A stretch of 64,000 nucleotides of DNA from assembly GCA_965216875.1 (NCBI GenBank), contig OZ244207.1, positions 3,648,001-3,712,000 of the forward strand. The letters run 5' to 3'. The notes below the pieces were generated by a model, which saw nothing but the letters and a program-made list of their open reading frames with translations, did not search any database and had not been told where the DNA came from. How positions within the stretch are numbered: position 1 is the stretch's first letter; each line of letters begins with the position of its first letter. The translations under genes and the position numbers were made by a program. Shown here in pieces: positions 40,204 to 50,308 of this stretch. The DNA comes from Rubripirellula sp. Its GTDB lineage: Bacteria > Planctomycetota > Planctomycetia > Pirellulales > Pirellulaceae.

Positions 40204-41244
40204 CTATTGGTTGGCCAAGAATCGCTTGTTCAGCTTCAGGACTTTGCCCGATGGCTTCTCGGAACCGTCTGGCTTGGTACCGATGACCGTGACGTACATG
40301 TGGCCGTCTTTGTCAAAGGTCAACGCCGTTGGCTTGTCGAGGTCGACGATCTTCTTCGTATCGACACCATCATCACCAACTGTCAGTTCGTAGAGTGCAC
40401 CTTTGGACGTATCGATCCATGAAAAATCGGTCGCGTAAAGTTTGCCAGTCGCGGGGCTGTAACCCAATCCGGTGATGTCGTTCAAACCAGTTTCGTGATT
40501 CGATTTCAGCTCGCCCGTCTTTGGATCGTACACCGAAAGCAGACCATCACCAGGAACGGTGATCTCGCCCATTTGCCCAACAACCAAGTCGCCGTCGGGA
40601 TTAACCGTGATGGCAACAGGTGCATCAACTTCAACAGCTTCTTTGGTTGCAATGAAACGCTCGAGGTTGGACGGATGACCGTGGTCGTCGAGTTTGGCGC
40701 GAACGATCCATCCCTTGGTGTCATCACCATTGGCGGTTGCAAAAACATAGCCGGCGGTCACGGCCACACCGTAGTAGTTGCCTTCTGCCTTCAGCTCATC
40801 GTTGCTCTCGAGCGGCCCGAGAGTGATCTCGGTCTCTTTGGCTGGGATTGGCTTCTCAGCTGGCTTTGAGTGAATCTCGTAAACACGAATCACTTCGTCG
40901 GTGTCCACTTGGCTTCCATCGCCAACAACAAGATGCTCGTCATCGATGAATGCGATACCGAGTGGACCGATGTCGTAAATCGGGCCCTTGCCATACTTGT
41001 CGCCGGGAAAACGGTTCACTTCCATGAACCGACGTTTCTTTCCATCTTCGGGCTTCGAAGCAAGGAAGCGAACGATGCCACGACGCTCGGCAACGATGAT
41101 GTCACCTGTTTTTGGATGAATCGCAACTCCGGTGGGATTATCCAAACCCGAACCAACTTGGCGCGGGCCACCTTTTTTGTCTTGAGCCTCGGAGGTGCTG
41201 GCCAGCATGACGATGGCCAGAGAAAACATCAGTAAGTAACGCAT
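40204..41244 (-). CDS. Exported beta-propeller protein (NHL/SMP-30-like repeats)
   Basis: Signal peptide and blade motifs GLDNPTGVAI, GPLGIAF, DAPVAITV, GLNDITGLGY and LDKPTALTFD. Confidence 0.8.
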   Translation of the reverse strand: MRYLLMFSLAIVMLASTSEAQDKKGGPRQVGSGLDNPTGVAIHPKTGDIIVAERRGIVRFLASKPEDGKKRRFMEVNRFPGDKYGKGPIYDIGPLGIAFIDDEHLVVGDGSQVDTDEVIRVYEIHSKPAEKPIPAKETEITLGPLESNDELKAEGNYYGVAVTAGYVFATANGDDTKGWIVRAKLDDHGHPSNLERFIATKEAVEVDAPVAITVNPDGDLVVGQMGEITVPGDGLLSVYDPKTGELKSNHETGLNDITGLGYSPATGKLYATDFSWIDTSKGALYELTVGDDGVDTKKIVDLDKPTALTFDKDGHMYVTVIGTKPDGSEKPSGKVLKLNKRFLANQ

Positions 41245-41333
41245 GGGGTGCTTTCCGTGGTAAGCGTGGGGTGCAAAGGTTGTTGGAACAAAACGTTGTG
41301 CTACGGTGCGACGTACTCAGAAATGGCGTCGTC

Positions 41334-42332
41334 CTATTTTGGCAGTTTTGGTGGCTCGTGGTTGGGATAATCATCACTGGCGAGCGCTTCTTTCATGAAC
41401 GTGACCAGTGCCGCCTGCTCTTCGTCACTCAGTTTGAGTTTGAAGATTTCTTCATCAAGGTAAGGATTGTCGGTGCCGCCCTTGACGTAATGCTCAACGA
41501 CCTCTTCGAGTGTCGCCATACTGCCATCGTGCATGTAGGGGCCGGAGCGGTCAATTTCACGCAACGTCGGTGTCTTGAACGCACCGCGATCTCCGTCGAG
41601 ACCGCTGATCGCAAAACGTCCTTCGTCGCGGTTTTCGACGTCCCAGCTTACGCCGATGTTGTGAAAGCCGTTATCTGTAAAGTTCGCACCCGAGTGGCAT
41701 GCGCTACAGTTGGCTTTGCCAAAGAACAGCTTGCGACCCTGTTCGGCCGCTTCCGAAAGTGCCTCTTTATCGCCGGCCTTATAACGGTCGTACGGTGCGT
41801 TGCCAGAAAGTGCCGTACGTTCGTAGGCAGCAATCGCCTTTGCGATCCCTTCCGAGGTCACATCGGTGCCGAAGACGGCTTGGAACTGGCGGCGATACCC
41901 TGAGATCGCGTTCAGCTTTTTGACCACGGCGTCGAGCGTCATGTTCATTTCGATCGGATTTTGGATTGGACCAAGCGCCTGCTCCTCAAGGCTGCCGGCG
42001 CGTCCATCCCAGAATTGGAAGTACTGGTACGCCGAATTGATCACCGTCGGCGAATTGCGTCCCCCTTTTTGGCCCTCAACCCCGGTCGCAAACATTTCGC
42101 CGTTGCTCCAGCCCTTGGCCGGATCATGGCAACTCGCACACGAAACCTTGTTGTCCGATGAGAGTCGCCCATCGAAATAGAGCTGTTTGCCGAGTGCGAT
42201 CTTCGCCTCGGTCGGTTGATTGTCTTTGGGATACCGAATCTTTTTCAATCCGGCTGGGACGTCTTGGGCGTCGGCTGGCGGGGCAACCAGCATGAACGCG
42301 GTAACGAAAGCGGCTACTGAACGGCGAATCAT
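41334..42332 (-). CDS. Di-heme cytochrome c peroxidase / MauG family protein
   Basis: Signal peptide, LGKQLYFDGRLS, two heme motifs (CASCH, CSACH), FWDGRA and FKTPTLR...PYMHDG. Start set at ATG 42332. Confidence 0.93.
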   Translation of the reverse strand: MIRRSVAAFVTAFMLVAPPADAQDVPAGLKKIRYPKDNQPTEAKIALGKQLYFDGRLSSDNKVSCASCHDPAKGWSNGEMFATGVEGQKGGRNSPTVINSAYQYFQFWDGRAGSLEEQALGPIQNPIEMNMTLDAVVKKLNAISGYRRQFQAVFGTDVTSEGIAKAIAAYERTALSGNAPYDRYKAGDKEALSEAAEQGRKLFFGKANCSACHSGANFTDNGFHNIGVSWDVENRDEGRFAISGLDGDRGAFKTPTLREIDRSGPYMHDGSMATLEEVVEHYVKGGTDNPYLDEEIFKLKLSDEEQAALVTFMKEALASDDYPNHEPPKLPK

Positions 42333-42821
42333 GGAAGAACTTAGAGCGAGGCAAAGGGAAATTCGGGCACCAACGAAGTCACATCGTCGCATCATTTGAT
42401 GCGGCTATGCGGATCGCTTCAACCACGCGTTGTTTTGGCTCATTCGCATGCTCGAGTGCGATCGACTTACGTCGAATTGCTGCACGATCACAGTTACCGG
42501 GCGGCAAGGGGTGAGGCATTTTTCAGGGCGGGCACGTAAGTAGGGCGGGGCACCTCTTTGCGTAGACCCAGGATCCAGAACGATGGGGCGTTACACAAAA
42601 GGAGGCCTCAGGATAGCCAGAAAACCGGGGCGATGTCCCGTCGATCCCCTAAGAATTGGGCTGATCGCCTAAGAATCCAGATTCTGCGTCGTTGACTCGT
42701 TACTAGCACGTTACAAATCGCAAGCAAACGAGCCCCTAGAATGACTTCCGCGACGCTCGCTGCTGGCGTCGCAAATGCTCGATTGCACCTTTTCTGAGAC
42801 GTCGTTCAAGGAGCCAAAACG

Positions 42822-45800
42822 ATGCGGTCCCTTTTGACCAATTCCCTGTGCGTCTGCCTGTTGTGGGTCGCCGTCGGTTCGTCCGCCACAGCACAATCCG
42901 ATGCGGAAATCGCACTGGGAAAAGCGCGTCTCGCCTTTGATGCGAAGAATTTTTCGCAAGCCCGCGACCTGCTCGTCACGGCATCGCAAACCGACGGCCG
43001 AAACCCCGACATCTTCCTTTTGCTCGGACGAGCCCATTATCAGTTGGGGGATGTTGCCGAGGCGATCGATGCCTGGAACCAGACGCTCAAGCTGGCGCCC
43101 AACCAAGCCTACGCCCGCAGCATGGTCGAAAAGTTGCAGGGCAGGGTGGATGACTTTGATACTCAACTCGCAGTCGTCGCCTCGCTGATCCGCCAACGTG
43201 TCTTTGATCAAGCCAATTCTGAAATCACGAAACTCTCCCGTGCCGTCCTGACACCGAGCCAGCGTGACAAACTGCTCATCACCCACGCCGAACTCTTCGT
43301 CGAAATGGGATTGGGCAACCAAGCACTGGCAAACCTTGAAAAAATGCTCGCGCGGCAACCCGACCAAAGGGACACCCCGCAGGTCCTGCTGATCCAGGCG
43401 CGGTCACTGTTGTTGATGGACGATGATGCGGTTAATCGTGGCCTTGCGATCTTGTCCGAACTGAAGACCGCCGAAACAGCCGAAGGCCACTCTGCTGAGC
43501 TTGCTTTGCTCATCTTTCAGATCCGGCAGGGCACAAACTCCGTCGCGGAACTTTCCGATTGGATGGCCAACCATTCCGAGCATCGCGACCTTCCTGTCGC
43601 CAGACTTGCGATGGTCGAAGCGGTCTCACTATTCGTTCATTCAGCTCAAGGTCAACCTGCTCCGGATCCCGAGGATGACCTAACGGAATTCGACATCGCT
43701 GCAATCGATGCCGCATCGCACGCGTTGGCAAATATCAAGACAGCCAACCAAGCGTTGCAAATCGTTCACCATGTTTCGCAAATGATCGAAGGCCGATGGA
43801 TCGGCCACAAAGCCTTCAAAGGCGCGGATGCTGCGATCGCAAGGCTTTCGCAATGGAATGTGCCCCAATCGAGTCGAGACGCAATTCAAAGGCTCGCGGA
43901 AAAGTCGACAAGTGCTGCGGCTTCGTCCGAGCTGTCCGAGACGATCAATCGATACGGCAATGGTGACCTGGTCGCCGAGTCGCTGACCGAATGGCTCGAA
44001 AAACACGGCGACCACTCACGTTCGCTCGAGGCGCGACGAATCCTCGCTGCAGCCTTGTTGCAAGAATCGATGCTGCAAATGCCGCCTGGTACGCCGACCG
44101 AACTGGCCCCCTCAGATGTGGCAGCCATTGGCGTTCTTGGTGAAATGATCGTGTCCGATGAAACCGACGCAAACATCGGCACCACGCTGCAAATGATCCT
44201 GCAGCATCTCGAAAACCACTACGTCTCGCGAAGTGCCCCTGCTCCCGCGATCACCGGCTACACCCATCTTCTTTCGCTCGACCTGCCGCGACCAACGCAA
44301 TTGAAGCTTCAGTTGTCGCTGGTCGACTCGCAGATCGAGCTTGCGTTCATGGGTCTCGATGGCGCCCTCGCACGCGGAACGTTTGAGCCGGGGCCGATGC
44401 CCGAATCGTTCAAGCAAGTCCTCGAAACACTCAGCAAGACTCGTGACGCTCACCCAGCCCAGCCGGCATGGAACAAACAGGCAGCAGTCGCGACGCGGCT
44501 CAATTCAATGAGCGATCGGTTGCCTTGGCCAGCCACGATCGAGCAACTGAAATCAACCGACAACTGGGCCATCGAAATTGCCTTGCCGCTGATCACCGCC
44601 AACGAACAACCCGACGAGACCCAGAAGATGGTCGCGTTGATGGAAAAGATCATCCAACCCCTCGCTGGCACACAGCAGGCTTCGGCGATCGAGTTGGCGG
44701 CAAGCACTCACCGACGCTTGCTAAGTGCGATCGAAGCCGATCACAAACTTTGGCCGCAAGTCGTGCTACGCCAAATCAGCTTGCGCGATCAAGTCGACCA
44801 ATTCGTTTTTGCCAAGAACCAACAACTCGGCAAAAACGCGACCAATGCTACGCTTGGTGACCTCGAAAAAGGGATGCTGTCTTTGGGAAGCGATCTGATC
44901 ACGAAGCAACCGAGCCACGCCGCGGGTGTGGTTACTGCTCTGCAACCGATGATCCAACGTCGCTTGTCGGCCGGCCACGAGGAGGCGTCGGAAGAGGCGT
45001 ACGCAACGCTCGAACAAGGGTTGCCTCCGATACAGCTTCGCGAAGTCCAATTGGCAGTCGCGAACAGTTGGATCAACCGTGCGACCACAACACACGCCAA
45101 AATGCTGAGCGACGGCTTTCAACCTCCCAAGGAACTCGACCCACTTTTCCAACGAGCGCTCGAGCGTTGTTATCAGCTACAGGCCCCGCTTCGCGCCGAT
45201 CACGAGTTTGTCGTCCGCGTTCAAGCTCTGCGCTCAGTCGTCGTGGCACATTATCGCAACCTCGGCAATTTCGAAGCGGCCAGAGCGGCGATCAAGATCA
45301 AGGGAGAACCAGCGGTTAGCTGGATCGATGCACAACAAGAATACGAACTCGCTGGACTGAACTTGAGCATCGCTTTGGATGACCTTGCCAAGCAAACGCA
45401 GAAGTTCCAGGGACGCGAGAACATTGCGATGACGCCCGCAATCAACGAGGCGATCGCAGGATTTCAATCATTTGTGACCGAGCGTCCAAACGATCCTCTC
45501 GTCCCGCGAGCGATCGGTCGTTTAATGAATGTCGGCAAAGCATTTGAGCAGTACGAAAAGTACGACATTGCTGCAACGCACTATCGCAAACTTGAAACGT
45601 TCGCCGCTGGGATCGAATCGCTTGCACAGGCGCCAGCCGGTTCGCTGACCGTTGCACAACGCGTTGCCCATTCGGCTGCCGCTGCACTTCACGTCAAAGC
45701 AACCAAAGCACTTGATGGTCGGGAAAAATCGCCCGACGGGTCACCGCTTCCGCCAACGGAATTGAGCCCCGAGTTCATTGCGGCGATCACCGCCTACAAC

Positions 45801-48764
45801 GACCTGTTGACGAAATACCCCGAGAGCACGCTGGTCAGCACCTCGATCGGCAAGTTGATGGAGATTGCTCTTCAACATGCCAACGCCGATGCCTGGGATG
45901 TCGCTGCAAAGGTCTACGCCGACCTTCAAGCGTTGCAGCTTCCTCTTCGCCAGCCAGAACGGATCGACCTTGCACAAGCTCTTTGCGAAATGGGCAAAGT
46001 GATTCCCGATCACGCTCGTCAAATGCTTGCCGCGATCACGCTGTGGGAACGTGACGCGGCAAAGCATGACGACATGACCTCGATGCTTGCCGTCAACGGT
46101 CACCCCGGCCAAAAGAGGCCTCAACCAGGTTTCGGCGGGGGCGGCGGCTTTGGTGGCTTCGGATCTGACGGCGCCGTGAACGAAGAGGAGTTTATGCTCG
46201 AAGCCAAAGAAATGTCAGACATGTTGGCCAAGCCGGCTGGAAGCATCGCCGCCGCCGAAATGCCCCAATCGGAATCGGCCATGGGCGCGATGGCGATGGG
46301 CCTGGGCACTGCGGGCATGACCGTCAAACGCGAACTCGATGCCGTGGCGCGCTTTGGCGACGAACGTGCCGCGCGCGAAAAGAATCTCTTGGCGACCGTT
46401 CGACAACGCCAATCCGCGATGGCAAGTCAGATCGCCATGCTTCGCGACAGCGAAATCCAAAACAACGCTCCGGCACAATCACGCGGCCAACAACAAGAAT
46501 CGGGCCAGCAAGCCGCACAACAGGGCCAAATCGCGCTGCCGACCCCGGTCCTTAGCGAGAACGAAATCAAACGACGTCGCACCATCCTCGAAGTCGCTTA
46601 CCAAAAGTTGCAAGCGATTCGCGAGACCTACGCCGACTCGAACACCGCTGGCGAGGCCCGTGCCCAGATCATGGTGATCGTGAACCATTGGCGCAGCATC
46701 CGGCGCTGGGAAGATTCTGCGAAACTCGTCAAGCGATTCCTCGATGACAACCCAGATGACATTGGGCTTCCGAAATTGCGTCACGAAATCGCTCGTGACT
46801 ACTTGGCCTGGGCAGCCGGAGCCGTCAAACCCGACACGCCCAAACAGGAACTTCTTGACGAAGTCAATCGCCGCTACTCACTTGCTCGTGAAGAACTTTC
46901 GGGAATCATCGCCGCGTTCGCCGATGACCAACAGTTGAAACATCAGGCACAGTGGGATATCGCGACAAGCCACTTGTCCCAAGCACGCGTGGTCGCTGGA
47001 ATCAGCTCGACGCTTGCCCGCGGACAATACGTTCGAGCTTCGACCGAACTGTTGGCCACCGCGGACCTGTATCACGACCATCCCAAGATCAATGAATTGC
47101 CGCAGATGCTTTGGGGGATTTCGCAAGAGTTGACGGCGCGTCGATTTTTCGAGGAAGCGATCACGGTATGGACGGAAATGACCCTCCACTACCCCGGCAA
47201 CCCGCTGGCCGAGCAGGCAGCGATGCAGATCGCAACCACGTATGAAAGTCAATTACGCCTGCCGCTGCGTGCCGTCGAATCGTATCTCGAATTGAATTTC
47301 GCCCGAGGTGGCAACGACACCGCACTGCAAGATTCCATCTTCCGCATCGCTTCCCAACTGATGAACGAAAAGCGTTGGGTCGAAGCGCTGCATGTGCTTG
47401 AAACCTTTATCGACAGCTTCCCAAATCACGCCAGCGCCGGACAAGCGTTGACGAAGATCGGCCAAGTACACCAGACCAACGAAGTTTGGGAAGACGCGAT
47501 CGCCGCCTACCGCCGCGTGATCATGGAATACGACCAAGGCAATTGGGCCCAGCAATCAAAGTGGTCAATCGCTGAATGCACCATCAACCTGAGCCGTTGG
47601 GAAGAAGCGCAAGGCGCCTATCTGGAATACAAAAAGTCGTACCCGGAAGATGGCAAGGTTGCCGAGGCAACATCGCGCATCGAAATCCTTAAGGACCTTG
47701 CGCGATTCCAAAAAGTGGTTGACGAACAGGGTCAACGCAAGGCATTTGACGCCCAGTACCAAATCGCAGCCATCGTCCGCAACAAACTCGCCAATCCTGT
47801 CAAAGCGATCATCGAATACCGCAAGGTCGCCAGTAATTGGCCGGAAAGTCACCTCGCCGACGACTCGCTATTCCAGGTGGGCATGATCTACATGCAACTC
47901 GGACAAACCGAAAACGCTCGGGACGCTTTCCTCGCAACGGCTCAAAGGTATCCGACCAGCCCACTGGCCGACGACGCGTTGTTCCAAGTCGGTGCAAGCT
48001 TCGAGAACGAGGCGCAACAACTGGTCGGCGTCACACGAGGTCGTGCCAGCAAGATTGCAAACGAAGTCGCGCAGCGCCAAGCCTATGCGGTCTCCCAAGA
48101 GAATCGAAAATTCCGGCGTGAGCAAAACCAGGGTCAGATCCAGCAACTTCGTAAGGCCGGCAAAGCGGACGAAGCCGACAACAAAGCGGCGTTTCAGGCT
48201 GCTTTGAATGTCGCCTTTGACCAAGCCAATGCGGCTGTCTTCGCCAACTGGGCGGCTCAACAAGAAGAGGCGCTCACGACCGCTCAACTTGCCGATCGCC
48301 AAGACAAAATCAACGCGGCATTGCGCAAGGCGGTCGACAGTTTCCGCAAGGCTGCCAGCGTCGCGTCGGCGGACAAAGCTGATGACGCTTTGCTACGCAT
48401 GGCTCAGATCTACGACCAACGACTCAAGGACAGCGAAGCCGCCATGGCAACCTGGCTGGAAATCGTCCGTCAATACAGCGGCACGGCCGTCGCCGAAGAC
48501 GCGTCGTGGAAAATCGCTCAATACTACGAAACCCATGAAAAGTACGCCGACGCGATCTCGGCCTATAACTCCTTCCTGCGAAACTATCGCCGCAGTCCCA
48601 AAGCAAGCGAAGCGCAAGCCGCGATCGCTGAAAACCACGAACAACTTGGCAACTGGGTCGAAGCGATGGACGCCTACACCAATTACATCAACAACTACCC
48701 CGAAGGCGCGTTGGCAGGAAAAGCCAAAGAGCAAATCGCCTGGATCAAAACCTATCGCCTCTAA
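42822..48764 (+). CDS. Very large exported tetratricopeptide-repeat protein (1980 aa)
   Basis: Signal peptide, N-terminal TPRs, and many C-terminal BamD/YbgF-type repeats (YPTSPLADDALFQVG, WPESHLADDSLFQVG, YPGNPLAEQA). Confidence 0.88.
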   Translation: MRSLLTNSLCVCLLWVAVGSSATAQSDAEIALGKARLAFDAKNFSQARDLLVTASQTDGRNPDIFLLLGRAHYQLGDVAEAIDAWNQTLKLAPNQAYARSMVEKLQGRVDDFDTQLAVVASLIRQRVFDQANSEITKLSRAVLTPSQRDKLLITHAELFVEMGLGNQALANLEKMLARQPDQRDTPQVLLIQARSLLLMDDDAVNRGLAILSELKTAETAEGHSAELALLIFQIRQGTNSVAELSDWMANHSEHRDLPVARLAMVEAVSLFVHSAQGQPAPDPEDDLTEFDIAAIDAASHALANIKTANQALQIVHHVSQMIEGRWIGHKAFKGADAAIARLSQWNVPQSSRDAIQRLAEKSTSAAASSELSETINRYGNGDLVAESLTEWLEKHGDHSRSLEARRILAAALLQESMLQMPPGTPTELAPSDVAAIGVLGEMIVSDETDANIGTTLQMILQHLENHYVSRSAPAPAITGYTHLLSLDLPRPTQLKLQLSLVDSQIELAFMGLDGALARGTFEPGPMPESFKQVLETLSKTRDAHPAQPAWNKQAAVATRLNSMSDRLPWPATIEQLKSTDNWAIEIALPLITANEQPDETQKMVALMEKIIQPLAGTQQASAIELAASTHRRLLSAIEADHKLWPQVVLRQISLRDQVDQFVFAKNQQLGKNATNATLGDLEKGMLSLGSDLITKQPSHAAGVVTALQPMIQRRLSAGHEEASEEAYATLEQGLPPIQLREVQLAVANSWINRATTTHAKMLSDGFQPPKELDPLFQRALERCYQLQAPLRADHEFVVRVQALRSVVVAHYRNLGNFEAARAAIKIKGEPAVSWIDAQQEYELAGLNLSIALDDLAKQTQKFQGRENIAMTPAINEAIAGFQSFVTERPNDPLVPRAIGRLMNVGKAFEQYEKYDIAATHYRKLETFAAGIESLAQAPAGSLTVAQRVAHSAAAALHVKATKALDGREKSPDGSPLPPTELSPEFIAAITAYNDLLTKYPESTLVSTSIGKLMEIALQHANADAWDVAAKVYADLQALQLPLRQPERIDLAQALCEMGKVIPDHARQMLAAITLWERDAAKHDDMTSMLAVNGHPGQKRPQPGFGGGGGFGGFGSDGAVNEEEFMLEAKEMSDMLAKPAGSIAAAEMPQSESAMGAMAMGLGTAGMTVKRELDAVARFGDERAAREKNLLATVRQRQSAMASQIAMLRDSEIQNNAPAQSRGQQQESGQQAAQQGQIALPTPVLSENEIKRRRTILEVAYQKLQAIRETYADSNTAGEARAQIMVIVNHWRSIRRWEDSAKLVKRFLDDNPDDIGLPKLRHEIARDYLAWAAGAVKPDTPKQELLDEVNRRYSLAREELSGIIAAFADDQQLKHQAQWDIATSHLSQARVVAGISSTLARGQYVRASTELLATADLYHDHPKINELPQMLWGISQELTARRFFEEAITVWTEMTLHYPGNPLAEQAAMQIATTYESQLRLPLRAVESYLELNFARGGNDTALQDSIFRIASQLMNEKRWVEALHVLETFIDSFPNHASAGQALTKIGQVHQTNEVWEDAIAAYRRVIMEYDQGNWAQQSKWSIAECTINLSRWEEAQGAYLEYKKSYPEDGKVAEATSRIEILKDLARFQKVVDEQGQRKAFDAQYQIAAIVRNKLANPVKAIIEYRKVASNWPESHLADDSLFQVGMIYMQLGQTENARDAFLATAQRYPTSPLADDALFQVGASFENEAQQLVGVTRGRASKIANEVAQRQAYAVSQENRKFRREQNQGQIQQLRKAGKADEADNKAAFQAALNVAFDQANAAVFANWAAQQEEALTTAQLADRQDKINAALRKAVDSFRKAASVASADKADDALLRMAQIYDQRLKDSEAAMATWLEIVRQYSGTAVAEDASWKIAQYYETHEKYADAISAYNSFLRNYRRSPKASEAQAAIAENHEQLGNWVEAMDAYTNYINNYPEGALAGKAKEQIAWIKTYRL

Positions 48765-48772
48765 CAATACCC

Positions 48773-48826
48773 GCAGTGGACGAGGCAACGAGTCCCAATT
48801 TCGTAGTGGACGAGGCAACGAGTCCC
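48773..48826. repeat. Two direct copies of a 24-bp REP-like unit
   Basis: G(C/T)AGTGGACGAGGCAACGAGTCCC at 48773-48796 and 48803-48826. Confidence 0.8.
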
Positions 48827-48900
48827 TCACCCCCCACACCACAACCTTCACTCAAGCTCGTGGCCACAGCCACCTCAGCCAGCACCCTAATCGTGAACCC

Positions 48901-50277
48901 ATGAGAATGACGATGTTTGCAAACCGACTTTTTGCCACATTGATTCTTTCGACCGTCCTCTTCTCTTCGAGCCTCCCTGCCGACGAAGAAGGCGCAGCGG
49001 CCGAGCAGCCCAATGCAACCGCCCAACCCGCGAACACCGAGCCCGCAAAGGCGGAACCCGAAGCGGCAGAGCTGTTTCAACAGGGTCGCAAGGCACTCTT
49101 TCAGGGACGCTACGACGACGCCGTCACGTTGCTACAAAAAGCCGTTACCGCAGATCCCACCGGCGAGAAGACCATCTATCGATTGCATCTTGCACGAGCC
49201 TTTCGCTACTCCAACCAACCTGGCGAATCAGAAAAGCTGCTTCGGGCGATCTTGAAGCAGTCGCCGGATCATGTCGAAGCGGGCCAGCTACTCGCCGAGG
49301 TTCTTTACACAGCAGAGCGTTGGGAAGACCTCGAAGGCGTGCTCGAACCGCTGCTTGAGTTCCGCCACGATTACCCCACGTACCACATGTTGGCCGAAGC
49401 AACGTTCAACCTGGATAAGTACGAAGACGCTCGAAACTACTACAAAGAAGCGATCAAGCTGAATCCGCAGAGCGCGCCCGATCAATACCAACTTGCCAAC
49501 ATCTACCTTGCCGAAAACCGCTTCGCGTTGGCCGCGGACGCTTACGAAAAAGCGTTGCGACTTGGCCTCGATAGCACGGTGCTGCATTACAAACTCGCGT
49601 CGGCCTACTTCAACCTTCGCAACTATTTCGGCCGAGTCGCCGTGGTCACCGTTGCCTCGGGCAAGGTTGGCGAGATCAGTGGCAACTGGTACTTGATCGA
49701 AACGGTCGCCGGCAAAAAAGATGCATTTCGTGCCGCCCCAAGAAAGTCAGCGATCTACCAAATCGCGACCGCGATCGACGGTGGGATGGAAGCCACATCC
49801 GACGTACAAATGCTGTTGGCCAACATCTATCTCAATGGCCGTCGCTACGAAAAGGCGTACGCAATCTACCAACAACTCGGACAACAGGTCGCCGACGAAG
49901 ACCGCGCGCTCCACCGCTATTACTTCGCCCAAAGCGCCCTGGGAGTTGGCAAATACGACGAATACTTGACCCACCTGCAAGAAGCGGTCGACCTTGATCC
50001 GGAAGGGTACGAATCAGCGCTTGTCGACGCCTACCTCGCCGTCGCGGACAAGTACAACCAAGCTGGAAAGTTGGACAGGTATATCGAATACCTGTCCAAA
50101 GCGGTTCAGCAAAATCCCCAAACCGCTTCGCTGCACCTGCGTCTGGCGAGCGCCCTGGAAGAAGCCAAGCACTACGACAAAGCGGTCGAGCAATGGCGAA
50201 TGGTGCTCGATCTCGAGCCCGACCATCCGCAACGAACCGACTTGCTCAACCAGATCAAGCGTCACGCCGGTTCGTGA
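48901..50277 (+). CDS. Exported tetratricopeptide-repeat protein
   Basis: Signal peptide (MFANRLFATLILSTVLFSSSLPA) followed by TPR motifs. Start is at ATG 48901, 48907 or 48913. Confidence 0.87.
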   Translation: MRMTMFANRLFATLILSTVLFSSSLPADEEGAAAEQPNATAQPANTEPAKAEPEAAELFQQGRKALFQGRYDDAVTLLQKAVTADPTGEKTIYRLHLARAFRYSNQPGESEKLLRAILKQSPDHVEAGQLLAEVLYTAERWEDLEGVLEPLLEFRHDYPTYHMLAEATFNLDKYEDARNYYKEAIKLNPQSAPDQYQLANIYLAENRFALAADAYEKALRLGLDSTVLHYKLASAYFNLRNYFGRVAVVTVASGKVGEISGNWYLIETVAGKKDAFRAAPRKSAIYQIATAIDGGMEATSDVQMLLANIYLNGRRYEKAYAIYQQLGQQVADEDRALHRYYFAQSALGVGKYDEYLTHLQEAVDLDPEGYESALVDAYLAVADKYNQAGKLDRYIEYLSKAVQQNPQTASLHLRLASALEEAKHYDKAVEQWRMVLDLEPDHPQRTDLLNQIKRHAGS

Positions 50278-50308
50278 CCACATCCTATCGGTCGATCAGA
50301 CTCAGCCG

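Noticed and set aside
48208..48900. N-terminal extension of the 689-aa ORF 48208-50277
   Set aside because: It overlaps the 1980-aa gene in another frame and runs through REP repeats. The signal peptide begins near 48901.
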